Of a stretch of DNA of 64,000 bases, positions 43,278 to 56,669 are shown in pieces. Every line of letters starts with the position of its first letter. Within the stretch, counting starts at the first letter, position 1. The stretch is from the human T2T-CHM13v2.0 reference genome, Homo sapiens. The notes beneath the pieces were generated by a model, which saw only the letters and a list, made by a program, of their open reading frames with translations, was not told where the DNA came from and ran no database searches. Both the position numbers and the translations under genes were made by a program. The stretch lies in NCBI RefSeq assembly GCF_009914755.1, contig NC_060929.1. One strand, written 5' to 3'.

Positions 43278-45238
43278 TAGGCAGAGAAAAGAAAGAAATG
43301 GCATCCAAATAGGAAGAGAGAAAGTCAAAGTATCTCTGTTTGCAGATGACATAATTCTGTATCTAGAAAACCTTATAGTCTTGGACCAAAAGCTCTGTCA
43401 GCTGATAAAAAACTTCAGCAAAATTTCAGGATACAAAATCAGTGCACAAATATCACTGACATTCCTCTATACCAACAACAGCCAGGCCAAGAGCCAAACC
43501 AAAAATGTAATCCTATTCACAATTGCCACAAAAAGTATAAACTACCTAGGAATACAGCTAACCATGGAGGAGAAAGATCTCTGCAATGAGAATTACAAAA
43601 CACTCCTCAAAGAAATCAGAGAAGACACAAACAGATGGAAAACATCCCATGCTCATGGATAGGAAGAATCAATATTATCAAAATGGTCATACTGCCCAAA
43701 GCAATGTATAGATTCAGTACTATTTATATAAAATTAACAGTGCCATTTTTCACAGAACTATGAAAAAACACTATTTAAAAACTCATATGGAATCAAAAAG
43801 CCCAAATAGCCAAGGCAATCCTAAGCAAAAAAAACAAACAAAAAAACAGAGGCATTACATTACCTGATTTCAACTTATATTACAGGGCTACAGTAATGAA
43901 AACAGCATGATAGTAGCACTAAAACAGGCACCTAGACCAATGAAACAGAACAGAGAGCCCAGAAATAAGGCCACACACCTACCACCATCTGGTCTTCCAC
44001 AAAATTGACAAAAGCAATGGGGAAAAGACTCCCTATTCAGTAAATGGTGCTGGGAAATTTAAGACGGACCTCTTCCTTATACCATACACAAAAATAAATT
44101 GAAGATGGATTAAAGACTTTAATATAAATCCCAAAACTATAAAAATCCTGGAAGACAACCTAGGCAGTACCTAGACATAGAAATGGGCAAAGATTTTATG
44201 ATAAGACCCCAAAAGCAAGCACAACAAAAGCAAAAATTGACAAATGGGATCTAATTAAACTTAAAAGCCTCTGCATTTCAAAAGAAACTATCAACAGAGT
44301 AAGCAGACAACCTGCAGAATGGGAGAAAATTTTTGCAAACTACGCATCTGACAAAAGTCTAATATCCAGCATCTATAAGAAACTTAAATTTATAAGAAAA
44401 AAAAATGTGAGCATAGGACATGAACAGACACTTTTCAAAAGAAGACACACGTGCAACCAATAAGCATATGAAAAAAAGCTGAATATCACTGATCATTAGA
44501 GAAATGCAAATCAAAACCACAATGAGATATCATTTCACACCAGTTTGAAAGACTGTTATTTAAAAGTTAAAAAATAACAGATGCTGGTGAGGTTGTAGAG
44601 AAAAAGGAACACTTAATTCACTGTTGGTAGGAGAGCAAATTAGCCTAACCATTGTGGATTCCTCATTGGCGATTCCTCAAAGAGCTGAAAGCTGAACTCC
44701 ATTCAACCCAGCAATCCCATTACTGGATATTTACCAAGAGAACTACAAATCATTCTACCATAAAGACACATGCACAGGTATGTTCATTGCAGCCCTATTC
44801 ACAAGAGCAAAAACATGGAATCGACCTACATGTCTGTCAATGGGAGACTGGATAAAGAAAATGTGGTACATATACATTATGAAATACTATGCATCCATAA
44901 AGAGGAATGAGATCATGTCTTTAGCAGAAATATGGATGGAACTGGAGGCTATTATCCTTAGCAAACTAATGCAGGAACAGAAAACCAAATACTGCATATT
45001 CTCACTTATAAGTGGGAGCTAAATGATGAGAACTTATGAACACAAAGAAGGAAACAACAGACACTGGTATCTATTTCAGGGTGGAAGGTGGGAGGAGGGA
45101 GAGGAGCAGAAAAGATAACTATTGGGTACTGGACTTAATACCTGAGTGATGAAATAATCTACACAAGAAACCCCTGTCAAACCAGTTTACCTATATAACA
45201 AACCTTCACATGTACCCCTGAACCTAAAAGTTTTTTTT
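43278..45238 (+). mobile_element. 5'-truncated L1P (older L1PA), ~2 kb
   Basis: ORF2 RT motif [14 protein letters not shown]...FSKISGYKI; C-terminal MFIAALFT...WIKKMWYIY; 3' UTR gagcagaaaagataactattgggtact...cctgaacctaaaa. Confidence 0.93.
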
Positions 45239-45885
45239 AAGAATACCAACAGTAGTTTCAGAAAAATGGACAAAAAAATGAGACAGTATTTAAAGAGAGT
45301 AATAATTTTCCAGATATATCATTATCTTCCAGATGGAAAATAATGATATCTAATATATAAAAAAGTGCAATGAATACCTAACAAACATTTATAAGAATGG
45401 AAATAAAACTTCAAAGAAGTACCAAAGACAAAAACAATATTTTAAATCAGCCCCAACGGAAAGGTAGTTTAAGCAGAAATGTGTGATGATTAGATTGGCA
45501 GAAGACTATCAATAACAAAAATAGACAGTAACAAGAATAGTGGAAAAAAATTCTTAATAATGCAGAGAAACTATAACTGCCCATCCAGAATTTTATACCC
45601 ATTTAATATTATTTTAAGAATAAAAAGTTAAATGGTAGTAATTCAGATAGTGATTGAAAGTTAATTAACCCTTACTAAATAAATGTTCAAAGTATTTACT
45701 TCATAAGAAATGTAAACTAAAAAAAGAAGAATCGAAATATAAAAATGAATGGTGAGGAAAGGTATTGGTAAATATGAATTCAATCTAAAAATATTAAATA
45801 CAGAATGCAAACAATATCCAAAAATGTTGGGAATGGTATGTAATACGTAAGTAAAATATTGGAGAAAACATGTAAGAAAGAAACA

Positions 45886-45968
45886 GAGATGTTAGATGGG
45901 GTGGGGAGGTCAATAAATGAGTGGTTAATTAATTTTATTAACGGGTTGATTTTGCGTGTTGGGTTCAT
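45886..45968 (-). pseudogene. MT-CYB: Cytochrome b N-terminal fragment (NUMT)
   Basis: Encodes [10 protein letters not shown](M)[17 protein letters not shown]. Confidence 0.93.
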
Positions 45969-45972
45969 TAGT

Positions 45973-46041
45973 GTTCTTGTAGTTGAAATACAACGATGGT
46001 TTTTCATATCACTGGTCGTGGTTGTAGTCCATGCGAGAATA
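45973..46041 (+). pseudogene. MT-TE: Mitochondrial tRNA-Glu copy (NUMT)
   Basis: 69-nt gttcttgtagttgaaatacaacgatggtttttcatatcactggtcgtggttgtagtccatgcgagaata with TTC anticodon. Confidence 0.92.
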
Positions 46042-46090
46042 ATGACATATGCGTTATGTCATAATTTCCACTTAGAAATTCCACTGTTCA

Positions 46091-46391
<301 letters not shown>

Positions 46392-46684
46392 GGAAATTCC
46401 AATGTTCGAGGGCCTCCCATACTTTTTGAGGTTAATGGAAGTACTGGTGAATTTAGATGTATAGATAGATACACACATAAACACGCACACATATATAAAA
46501 TGTAAGTGTGTTAAGCATAAATACCTACAATTTTAAAACATTGATTACATAGTTTAAATACCATCAGAGGAGATTAAAAAAAAAAAAGAATACAAAATCA
46601 TTAAACCCAAAGAAGGCAGTAAAGGATATTAAGAACATTAAGAACAAAAGCAGGGTCATAGGATGCTACAAAATATAGTTGTTT

Positions 46685-47006
46685 TGTTTTTCCTTTTCCT
46701 TTTTTTTTTTTTTTCTTTTGGTTGGAGACACAGGGTCTCATCTTGTCACCCAGGCTGGAGTGCATGGCGCCATCTCGGCTCACTACAACCTCTCCCTTTG
46801 GCTAAAGGGATCTTTCCACCTCAGCTTCCCAAGTAGATGGGGCCACAGAAGTGTGCCACCACACCCAGCTAATTTTTAGTGTATTTGTAGAGAGGGGGAT
46901 TCTCCATTTTGCCCTGGCTGGTCTTGAACTCTTGAGCTCAAGAGATCCACCTGCCTCAGCCTCCCAAAATGCTGGGATTACAGACATGAGCCACTGTGCT
47001 TAGCCC
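46685..47006 (-). mobile_element. Full-length AluJ-like element
   Basis: Poly-T then gagacacagggtctc...gggattacagacatgagccactgtgcttagcc; flanks aaaatatagtt / aaaataaagtt. Confidence 0.93.
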
Positions 47007-48267
47007 AAAATAAAGTTTTGATAATACATTAAAAGGATTCATAATTGTGATAAATGCAAGTGGTTTACAGTTGCTAGTTAAAAGGCAAAAATCATAGAAT
47101 TAAAAAGAAACCAGCATTTTGCTGTTTGTAAACATAAACCCTAATGTCAAAGACTGACTGAAACTAAATAGACAAAAGAAATTATGCTAATTAAATAGTG
47201 ATGAAGCCAAGTGTTATAGCCGGATTAATACTAGACAAAGTATAATTTTAGGTAGAATCATCACATTATAATAATATACATAATTTGGGGCACTTGTTAT
47301 AAATGTTATTAGCATATGATGTCCTTTGAATCTCTTGATTTTTTGATATATGTAACTAATGTAGTTTCAAAATACATAAAGAAAAAAATAGACATAATTT
47401 AATAAGATATTGATAAATTAGGCATCAAGCTCACTAGTATCAAATAAATAAATACAATTGACCACATACTAAAAATTAAAACAAGACTCAGTGATTATTA
47501 AGGACTTGTTTTACAGACCACATTTTGCTATCAAAATTCCATTCAGTTAAAAATGCATAACAAGATAACTGGAAAAAATATTTTCAAAAGCAAACATGAA
47601 AAATAATAGAATAATTTGTGGTTCAAAGTAAAATAATGTAATTGGAGAATTCACCACATGATTTTAATTTTTATAAAACAAAAGAAACTGTTAGCAAACT
47701 AGGAATATATGTCAGTTTTCCAAATTTAATTGCATGTATCTTCCAAAAATCCATCAGCAAACAGTCACAACCTGATTAAAGTATTCTTTTAAAATCAGGA
47801 GTGAAAAGACATGGTTGGATGTTTTCATTACTATTATTCAATATTTTATTTGAGGACCTATCTAGTGAAAAAGGACAAGAAAAAGGAATAAAAATAATAA
47901 ATTACAGAAAAAACCTCTAATTATTTACAGATATTTTCAGAAAATAATTAGACTTCTATAGACAAATTATTGGAATTCATTAGGTCACCATGTAACAAAT
48001 TGTATCATCGTTATGCAAATAAACTATTTGCCAATAAACCAGAAGCAAAAATAGAGGCAATATAATAGATGAAAAATAGCATTTAGAAAAGAAGTGGAAA
48101 TATTAATTTTTTATCAATATCTGAAGTACATATGCAAGATATTTTTGAGGAATAATATAAAATTTTATGGATAGGCATTACAGAAAAACAAGAAGAAGAA
48201 GAAAGAGGAGAGGAAAGAAGCAGAAGAGAGGTTTTCTATGTCATGTATGTGAACACCCAGTATTTTA

Positions 48268-48275
<8 letters not shown>

Positions 48276-48306
<31 letters not shown>
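48276..48306. repeat. (TA)n microsatellite
   Basis: Pure TA run. Confidence 0.93.
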
Positions 48307-48308
<2 letters not shown>

Positions 48309-48464
48309 TTTCCTCCAAATTAATCTATACAATTAATGTAGTTTTACTTATAATACCCACTGGTTTCACAGATGAAACTTGAAAAGCTTATGGTAAACTA
48401 TATGTGGAATACACAAGAAATGACATGTTTGGAACTAGAGAAGTTGAAATTTGCGTTGTAACAA

Positions 48465-48700
48465 ATAATAATAATGTTTACACTTAGGACTTGCTGTCTG
48501 CCACCATTATTTTTAAATGTTTATGCTTAAAATATTTTAATTTTCACAACGATTATGTCAGTAATATAAACCCCACTTTGCAAATGAAGAAACAGAAGCA
48601 TACAGAGGTTAGACAATTTGCCCAATTTCACAGTGGTAGAGACTAAATTTGAACCTGGGCTGTTTGGCTCCATAATCCTGTTCATAATTATTACTTTAAT
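48465..48700 (-). mobile_element. MIR
   Basis: cccactttgcaaatgaagaaacagaagcatacagaggttagacaatttgccca...atttgaacctgggctgtttggctcca. Confidence 0.8.
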
Positions 48701-50699
48701 CAATGTCAAGACATTACTGCATTTAAGTTATTAGGACAGTGTTGTATTACACTGGGGTAAATAAAATCCTGATGACCAAAATAAAAAGCCTAGAATTTCG
48801 CTTACAAATATATGAATACTTGTTACGTAACAAAGGTTATTTTGGAGTGAGGTTTGAACAATTTAATAAATTGTGCTTAGTTAGCTATATGAAGAGCCAA
48901 GTTATTTAGTAGCACAAAATTAGTTTCAGGCAAATTCAAGGCTTGAATAAAGCAAAATTTAAAGCTTGTGTACAGTTTTTTAAATCTTGTTTTAGGAAAG
49001 ATTTTAAAAACCACACTCCTAAGTAAAAAGAAGGAGGAAAAGAACTGATAAATATGACCACAATGAAAAGCAACTTTCCGTGTTTCTATAAATAGCAAAT
49101 AAAGAAGAAAAAATAACCAAGAAACTATGAGAAGATATTTGCACAAACATAAAAACTTTTGGTGTTAGTATATTAATAGATAAGTATCCCAAATAAAACA
49201 TAACAAGTGATGTATTTAATAAAGACAGATGTACTTCCTCCACAACGTAGCAATTATTTTCCTAGGTATATGCCCAAAAGAAAAATCTGCTTATATGCAG
49301 AAGTAGACATGCATAGCAATATTATAGCAACATTTTTTACAGGACTGAAAAAAATGGGAGAAAACCAAAATGTCCAATGCCACAAAAAGTTTTGATGGAA
49401 ATGTGATGTAATAGTACAATGAAATAGTAATAATAATAAAAATTATGAAGTTAGCTATCAACAAAGATGAATGTAATGAAGTTATTAACAGAAATAACAA
49501 ATTGTTCAAAATGATTATTATAATTGTTTTGTACCTCTTTTACAATCTTGTTTAACTTTAAAACCTATAATACAAAATTATAAATGTTTATAGATACGTA
49601 CACGTGTTTTAAAAATTTAAAAATATGTATGGAAATGATAGATGTAGTGATAATTTCCTTTGTGCAGGGAAGAATGAAGAGGAAAGGAAATGAGTTAGGG
49701 TGTACTAAGACTTTTGATATTTTAGGTGCTGTGTGTCTTAAGCTAGTTTGTAGAAGGTGAATGTGTATAATTTTTGTATACTCTGGCATTTCTTTGAAAA
49801 GTTAATCATATAAAATAGTAGAATGTTTTTTAATTTAAAAAGTCATTAATGTCAACTTAGGGAGAAAATTGTTTTTAAATCAGAAATGACAATTATTTAC
49901 ATTATAATAAAATTCTATGCTGTGTCTAATAATAGAATGAAGAGCTTTATATCTGCCTCTGTAGTCTCTTTGCTGTCAAATTGTAGTGATGACAGAAACT
50001 GAATATTGCCCAATATCTGAACCATAATGAGGATGATTTTGAGTTTAAAAAGGTAATGCTCTGGGTTTTTAAATATAATTATTGGTGATTATAATACTTT
50101 TCAAGTCAAGATTAAAGTTAAATAGGGATATTTATTAAGAAGCAACATATTTCCAACTAAGTGTTTACTCTTTACTCTAGGCTTGTCCAATATTCAATTT
50201 AATAAAGTACATCCACTACTCGTGAATGATGAATCCAAGATCATCTTTAACCACTGTATGCTTTATAATATATCTTCCCCATGGGTATTATCTCTGTGCA
50301 ATTCTTTTGATTTATGGAGAAAATAGAATATTATACACTGTTGTTTTCAGAAAAGCTAAATTTAGCATAGAGCAAATGAGTTAGCAAAAAATATTACTAC
50401 CACTAAAAATAAATATATCTGCCTAAAGTATTTTTTATTATTTGCCCAAGTTGTCAATTTTAATTTCTTGCAGCAGCACCACCACCACCACTATCCCAAC
50501 AATCCCCTTCAACCCTTGACACACACACACACGCACACACGCTCACTCACTCACTTCAGACTTCACACTTTCCTGCAGTCTGTGTCCCACGTTCTACATT
50601 ACCCACCCATAATTTCCTTTTCTGCAAGAATGGATAACCAGTTCTCAAGTCCATCATCTCAGGATCTACAAGGACCACCCTCTCCACTAATTCTAAATC

Positions 50700-51620
50700 T
50701 CAATGGCAATGATTACTTTATTTGTTATCCTTACTAGATCTTTTATAATCTCTTTCGGAACTTAAGACCAACAAATGATTCTGTTTTTTATTCTCTTTTC
50801 TCTCCACAGCCAAATTTTTAGAATAAGTTTTATATATTTATCTCCCATTTATTCTCTTTAATTCTACAAACACCTTCCTATCAAGCCTAAATCCCAACAC
50901 TTTACTGGAAACGTTCTCATAAATACAATCAATCAACATCATGTCACCAAATCCAATGAATGTTTTTCATTCTATATATTCCTAGAATATCAAAAATTAT
51001 TAAACATAAACCTTATATAAATGTATAGGCCTGCGACAATTTTAATGGCACAATACATTTTTGTATATCACTTTATCTCATAATGCTATTTCCTTATTTT
51101 GTCCACTAAGTCACAACTGTCATGGTCATCTCTTTTACACTATTTTTCCAGGTATTAGGTTGGTGCCAAAGTAATTGTCATTTTTGCCATTGAAAGTAAT
51201 AGCAAAAACCACAATTACTTTGACACCAACCTAATATATAATGACTTCTACAATTTGAGTAAATATTGGCTGCTCTGTTTACCATTCTTTGAGTTTTTTT
51301 GATTTCTGTGATACTGCAATTTCCTGATTTTCCTCCTATACCTATGGGTTGTCCTTCCTCTGTCTCCCCATAGACTCTTCCTCCTAGAATTCCTTAGAGC
51401 TTTACCCCAAATTATCTTTTTCCCTTAGGCTAATCTCTCTACTTAGATGATATTATTTGCCCTAATAACTTCAGTTATGAACCATATGTTAAGGACATCA
51501 ACATTTTAATGTCTAATCTGAACTTTCCTTCTGAGACATCTCCATTTTGATGGCTTAGATGAATATTTACTTATTTCTAAAAGATTTGTATCTACCTCCA
51601 AACCCATTGCTCCTCTACAT
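50700..51620 (+). mobile_element. L2 fragments (degraded)
   Basis: catgtcaccaaatccaatgaatgtttttca; ttctgtgatactgcaatttcctgattttcctccta. Confidence 0.55.
51155..51234. mobile_element. MADE1 (Hsmar1-derived 80-bp MITE)
   Basis: ttaggttggtgccaaagtaattg...caattactttgacaccaacctaa, 80 bp, near-palindromic, TA TSD on both sides. Confidence 0.95.
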
Positions 51621-52099
51621 ATCTGGTCAAAGTATAATTGGGTAGAACTTAAAAAGAATGTTAGCTACATGCCTTTAAAAGGCTTAATATATTTATAATT
51701 TTTGAATGACGCACTTCCAAGAATTTTAAAATTTAAGAAAATTTCAAAGAATTCTTATTAAAGTAATAATCATATATAGATACATTGTAAAAAAGTTACC
51801 TAGTATAGTTTATGAAAACTTGGAACATCCCAGTCCTCATCATTATGTATTTGGCATACACAGACTGAAGAATAGTTAAAAAAATAGACATATAGAAAAA
51901 AATATGCTGAAGTGTACAACATGCATTGTTAACTGAAAAAGCAGTGTTCAAATGAGTTTACATTAGTTATAGGAACAGTGATCTTTTCTATACATACAAA
52001 ATGATATATAAATATAGCTGTGAAGAGAGAAATATGGTGATAGAGAAAAGTAGATGATAGATACAAATATGATTTGTACTCTTAGGGGAAACATTCTTA

Positions 52100-52456
52100 A
52101 ATCTAACTACCAGTTTATAGAGAATATGGAGTATAGTGGTTCATGCTAAACGATGCTATGAAGTTATGAGTCAAATTTAGACTTTAGAAAACTCTAGAAT
52201 ATACAATTATGTAGCATCAACTATTAAACGAAGTTTAAGAGACACAGCAACCAATTAAAATATGTGAATCTTGTTTTGGTCCCTATTCCATCAAAAATGG
52301 TAAAAAAGACATTTGTAAAAGAATTAGAAAGCTTTAGAAGTAATGTATTAAATGATATTATTGAATTATTGTTTATTTTTAAGGTGTTACTTTGCTTTGG
52401 TTAGGTTTAAACAAATGTCCTTATCCATTGAGATACACACAGACATTTTTATTGGT
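52100..52456 (+). mobile_element. Old L1 (L1MC/ME) 3' UTR fragment
   Basis: aatgatattattgaattattgtttatttttaaggtgt...tccttatccattgagatacacac. Confidence 0.55.
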
Positions 52457-52838
52457 GATATATATTTATTGGTAATATATTATATATAATATATTTATAT
52501 TTATATATATATTTATTTATATATATTATATATATTTATTTATATATTATATATATCATATATAATATATATTTATATATAAATATATATTATATATATA
52601 ATATATAAATATATATTACATATAAATATATATAATATATATTATATATATTATATATATAAATATATTTACATATAAATATATATAATATTTATATATT
52701 TATATGTAAAAATATAAATTATATATAAAATATATATTATATATAATATATATTATATATAAATATATATTATATATAAAATATATATTATATATAATAT
52801 ATATTATATATAAAATTCAGTTCATTATATATATATAT
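52457..52838. repeat. ~380-bp imperfect (TA)-rich tract
   Basis: Nearly pure A/T, continuous with the TA tract of the adjacent MLT2A LTR. Confidence 0.95.
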
Positions 52839-53231
52839 GAGTTTATTAAGGAATTTTAACCACACGATCACGATCACGAGGTCCCACAATAGGCCATCTG
52901 CAAGCTTAGCGGCAAGGAAGCCAGTCTGAATCCCAAAGCTGAAGAATTTGGGAATTTGATGTACAAGGGCAGGAAGTATCCAGCACAGGAGAAAGATGTA
53001 GGCTGGGAGGTTAAGCCAGTCTAGTCTTTTAATGTTCTTCTGCCTGCTTTTATATTCTGGTTTCACTGACAACTGATTAGATGGTGCCCACCACATCAAG
53101 GATGGGTCTGCCTTTCCCAACCCACTGAGTCAAATGTTAATCTCCTTAGGCAACACCTTCATAGACACACCCAGGATCAATACTTTGCATCCTTCAATCC
53201 AAACAAGTTGACACTCAATATTAACCATCAC
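52838..53231 (-). mobile_element. MLT2A LTR (HERV-L 3' LTR) lacking its terminal segment
   Basis: gagtttattaag...aggtcccacaataggccatctgcaagc...aagttgacactcaatattaaccatcaca. Confidence 0.92.
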
Positions 53232-53667
53232 AAGTCCATCCGTTGTCAATTCGAACCCATACACATCTCCTCAGATCATATATAATCTTCAAAAAAGGCA
53301 ATAATGTCATAATTACGCCTAACAAAGTACAACTGGAAACACACCAATCCCCAAACTGAATGCTATTACATAAAGTTAACAATAATTAAATCCTGATATT
53401 AAGTTAATAAATCTTATGTCACATGATAAAGGAAAAAGGAAATAAAATGAAGATATTTTCTTAGTACAAGTGTATACACACACAAACATATTTTTCACAA
53501 AAGAAGGAAATACTCGTGACAGTTACAGTCCTTGTTTCTGCAGCTGTTCACGTCATCATAGCTGGTATCAATGACTACCTATTCTTCTACTACCCATTCT
53601 GTATTCACTTTGCCTTCAGCAAGTGGCTCTGCAGGTTGTGGCTTTTTTCCTGGTGGAGTGACCCAAA
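53232..53667 (-). mobile_element. HERV-L internal 3' segment
   Basis: agtcca...tgtcaa...aacccatacacatctcc adjoining the LTR, through cctggtggagtgacccaaa. Confidence 0.85.
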
Positions 53668-56597
53668 AATGCTGAGCACTCTACTTCTAAGTGTGAAGAA
53701 CATTGATAGTCCTTGGCATGAACTGTTTACAGATTTATGCAAAATAAGTACATTTGACACTACTGATTCACTGCTTGTGAGAGGCAAGGAGTTAGCGACT
53801 GTATAAGTAATACATTTGACTATATGTGGAGAACCAAGGAACATAATGAAGTTGGTTGGTTGCTCCTAAGTTTACTGGACAAAGTGATGAAAGAAAAAGA
53901 TGTACGCAGAGATGCTACCATTCTACCTTCCAGCTTCAGAAGCAGATACTGAGCCTCAAATCTGCTAAGATTGCCCTGAGAGTCTTATCTCTTGCAGAGA
54001 ATGAATTGAAATTGTGGAAAATCAGACACAAGCTCTTATCATGCAAGTGGCTGCCCTGCCATGGAAGGTGCATGCACAGCCTCACCAGGTGTCTACTGCT
54101 AAAGTGAAGCCAGCAATTGGAAAATAATGGGACACTGAAATGTGGAATTGGGATGTGTGGGAGGACCCTGATGAAGCTGAGGACACTAAGTTTATAAACT
54201 CTGATGAAATGTTTTTGCCAGAAGGAACAGTTTCCCCATCCCCAGTAGGGGCAACATCCCCTCCCCAACCCATGCTGCCATCAGCCTTTCTATCTTTGTC
54301 TGAGGAGATAAACCCTGCACTACTTGAGGCAACAGTGATGGCTTCCCCTGAGAGGCAGTTGCCAGGCAAAATAATGTTGATTCTCTTCCAGAGCCACCCC
54401 CACCACCCCTGTTTACTTCTAGACCTATAACTAGACTAAAGTCTTGGCATGCCCCTAGAGGTGAAGTTGAGTGTGGCCCATGAGGAGGTGCACTGCACTC
54501 AAACTGCTTGAGTTTTCTAATTTACGTAAGCAGAAATCTGGAGAAGAGGCATGGGAATGGATATTAAGGGTGTGGGATAATGGTAGAAAAAACATAGAGT
54601 TGGATCAAGCTGAATTTATTGACTTAAACCCACGATGTAGGGATTCTGCATTTAATATTGCAGCTTGGGGAATTAAAATTGGTTATAATAGTTTATTTGC
54701 TTGGTTAGCTGAAATATGGATTAAAAGGTGGCCCACTGTGAGTGAGCTGGAAATGCCTGCTCTCCCTTGGTTTAATGTAAAGGAAGGGATCCAAAGGCTT
54801 AGGGACGTAGGGTTGTGATGGTGGAATGGATTAGTCACTTTATACCTACTCATCTTGGCTAGGATGGTTTGGAAGATATACCCTTGACAAATGCCTTGTG
54901 AAATAGATTTGTGAGGGCAGCACTGCATCTTTGAAGAGCCCTGTAATTCCTCTGTATGTCAGATCTAACAGTGGGAATCACAGTCACTCAACTACAAAAT
55001 GTAAATACAGTGAGAATAATTGGATCCTGAGGTGGCAGGGGCCAAGTGTAGGCACTCAACCATCAAAGGCAAGGTAGGCCTAGCAATGGGAATGGACAGC
55101 AGAGGCACAGCAGCAATCAGAATAGTCTGACTTGTGTAGAGCTCTGGCATTGGCTAATTAATCATGATGTTCCTAGAAGTGAAATTGATTGGAAGTCTAC
55201 CGCATTCCTACTTAATTTATATAAGCAGAAATCTTCCAGGTCGAACAGACAAAAGAATAATTTGAATTACAAAAGAAGAATCACAGCCCATCAATCAAGT
55301 TCCAGACTTGAGCCAGTTTACAGACCCAGAACCCGTTGAATGAAGGGGAGGCTGGGTCCCCTTGAGGAAGGATCCCACTACAATACCAACAATTTATGCT
55401 GTTATTCTTCTCTCATCCTTCTCCAAGGAGACCTCTGGCTTTTTATCAGGGTAACTGTGCACTGGGGAAAGGGAAATGATCAGACATTTCTGGTACTAGT
55501 GAACACTGGCTCTGAGCTGACATTGATTCCAGGGCAGCCAAAATGGCATTGTGGTCCCGCTGTTAAAGTAGGGGCTTATGGAGGTCAGGTAATTAATGAA
55601 ATTTTAGCTCAGATCTGACTTACAGTGGGTCCAGTGGGTCTCCAGGCTCATCCTATGGTAATTTCCTCAGTGGCAGTGGCATCCAAAGCTTTTTGGATGC
55701 GAATCCACTGAGCCAGTGCATACCTAAAATAAACAGTCCTCCTGGTCTTCATATTTGTCTCTCTGGTCCTCAGTTTCTGCAACAGCAGAATGCATAATTA
55801 GCATAGGCATACTTAGCAGCTGGTAGAACACCCACATTGGCTCCCTGACTGGTGGGGTGAGGGCTATTATGGTGGGAAAGGCCAAATGGAAGCCATTAGA
55901 GCTGCCTCTACCTAGAAAACTAGTAAATAAAAAATAATATTGCATCCCTGGAGGGATTGTGGAGATTCATGCCACCATCAAGGCTTTGAAACATGCAGGA
56001 GTCAAGATTCTCATGACATCCCCATTCAACTCTCTTATTTGTACTGTTCAGAAGATAGATGGATCTTTGAGAATGACCATGGATTATCGTAAGCTTAACG
56101 AAGTGGTGACTCCAATTGCAGCTGCTCTACCAGTTGCGGTTTCATTGCTTAGGCAAATTAACACATTTCCTGATATCTGGTATGCAGCCATTGACTTGGC
56201 AAATGCTTTTTTCTCCATTCCTGTCCCTAAGGCCCACCAGAAGCCATTTGCCTTCAGCTAGCAAGGCCAGGAATATATCTTTATCATCCTACTTCAGGAG
56301 TATATCAACCCTCTGGCTTTGTGTCATATTCAGAGATACCTAGATCGGTTTCCACTTCCACAAGATACCACACTGTTCCATTACATTGATCATATTATGT
56401 TGATTGGATTCAGTGAGCAAGAAGTAACAAATACACTGGACTTATTTATGAAACATTTGCATGCCAGAGGATGGGAAATAAATCCTAAAATTCAGGGATC
56501 TTCTACCTCAGTAAAATTTCTAGGGGTCCAGTGGTGTGGAGCCTGTTGAGATAGTCCCTCTAAGGTCAAGGATAAGTTGCTGCATTTTGCCCCATTC
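53660..56597 (+). mobile_element. HERV-L gag-pro-pol (RT) remnant, inverted relative to its LTRs
   Basis: Gag: KQKSGEEAWEWILRVWDNG; protease: LVNTGSELTLIPG; RT: SPFNS...DGSLRMTMDYRKLNEV...AIDLANAFFSIP and FHYIDHIML...VKFLG; many stops and frameshifts. Confidence 0.93.
55677..55784 (+). mobile_element. 108-bp TG...CA insert resembling an LTR 3' end (family uncertain)
   Basis: Interrupts HERV-L protease; GCAG direct repeats at 55673-55676 and 55785-55788; AATAAA at 55728; ends ctctctggtcctcagtttctgcaaca. Confidence 0.6.
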
Positions 56598-56660
56598 CTA
56601 GTACCAAAATCTGTATTAGTTAGGGTTCTCTAGAGAAACAGAATAGAAGATATATATATA
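56597..56660 (-). mobile_element. HERV-L primer-binding-site region plus terminal segment of the 5' MLT2A LTR
   Basis: cctagtaccaaaatc followed by tgtattagttagggttctctagagaaacagaa and a TA tract. Confidence 0.85.
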
Positions 56661-56669
56661 TCTCCTGTT

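Larger units (their letters stand above)
45886..46052. other. NUMT: nuclear copy of mtDNA spanning CYTB 5' end, tRNA-Glu and ND6 start
   Basis: Correct mitochondrial gene order and spacing with high similarity to hominid mtDNA. Confidence 0.95.

Noticed and set aside
43255-43662. 135-aa reverse transcriptase ORF as an active RT
   Set aside because: Fragment of a 5'-truncated, frameshifted L1 ORF2.
45973-46041. Functional nuclear tRNA gene
   Set aside because: Mitochondrial-type tRNA embedded between CYTB and ND6 fragments; called a NUMT.
54140-56549. HERV-L ORFs as a domesticated gag/pol gene
   Set aside because: All pieces are 115 aa or shorter and broken by stops; catalytic motifs are mutated (protease NTG, RT YIDH).
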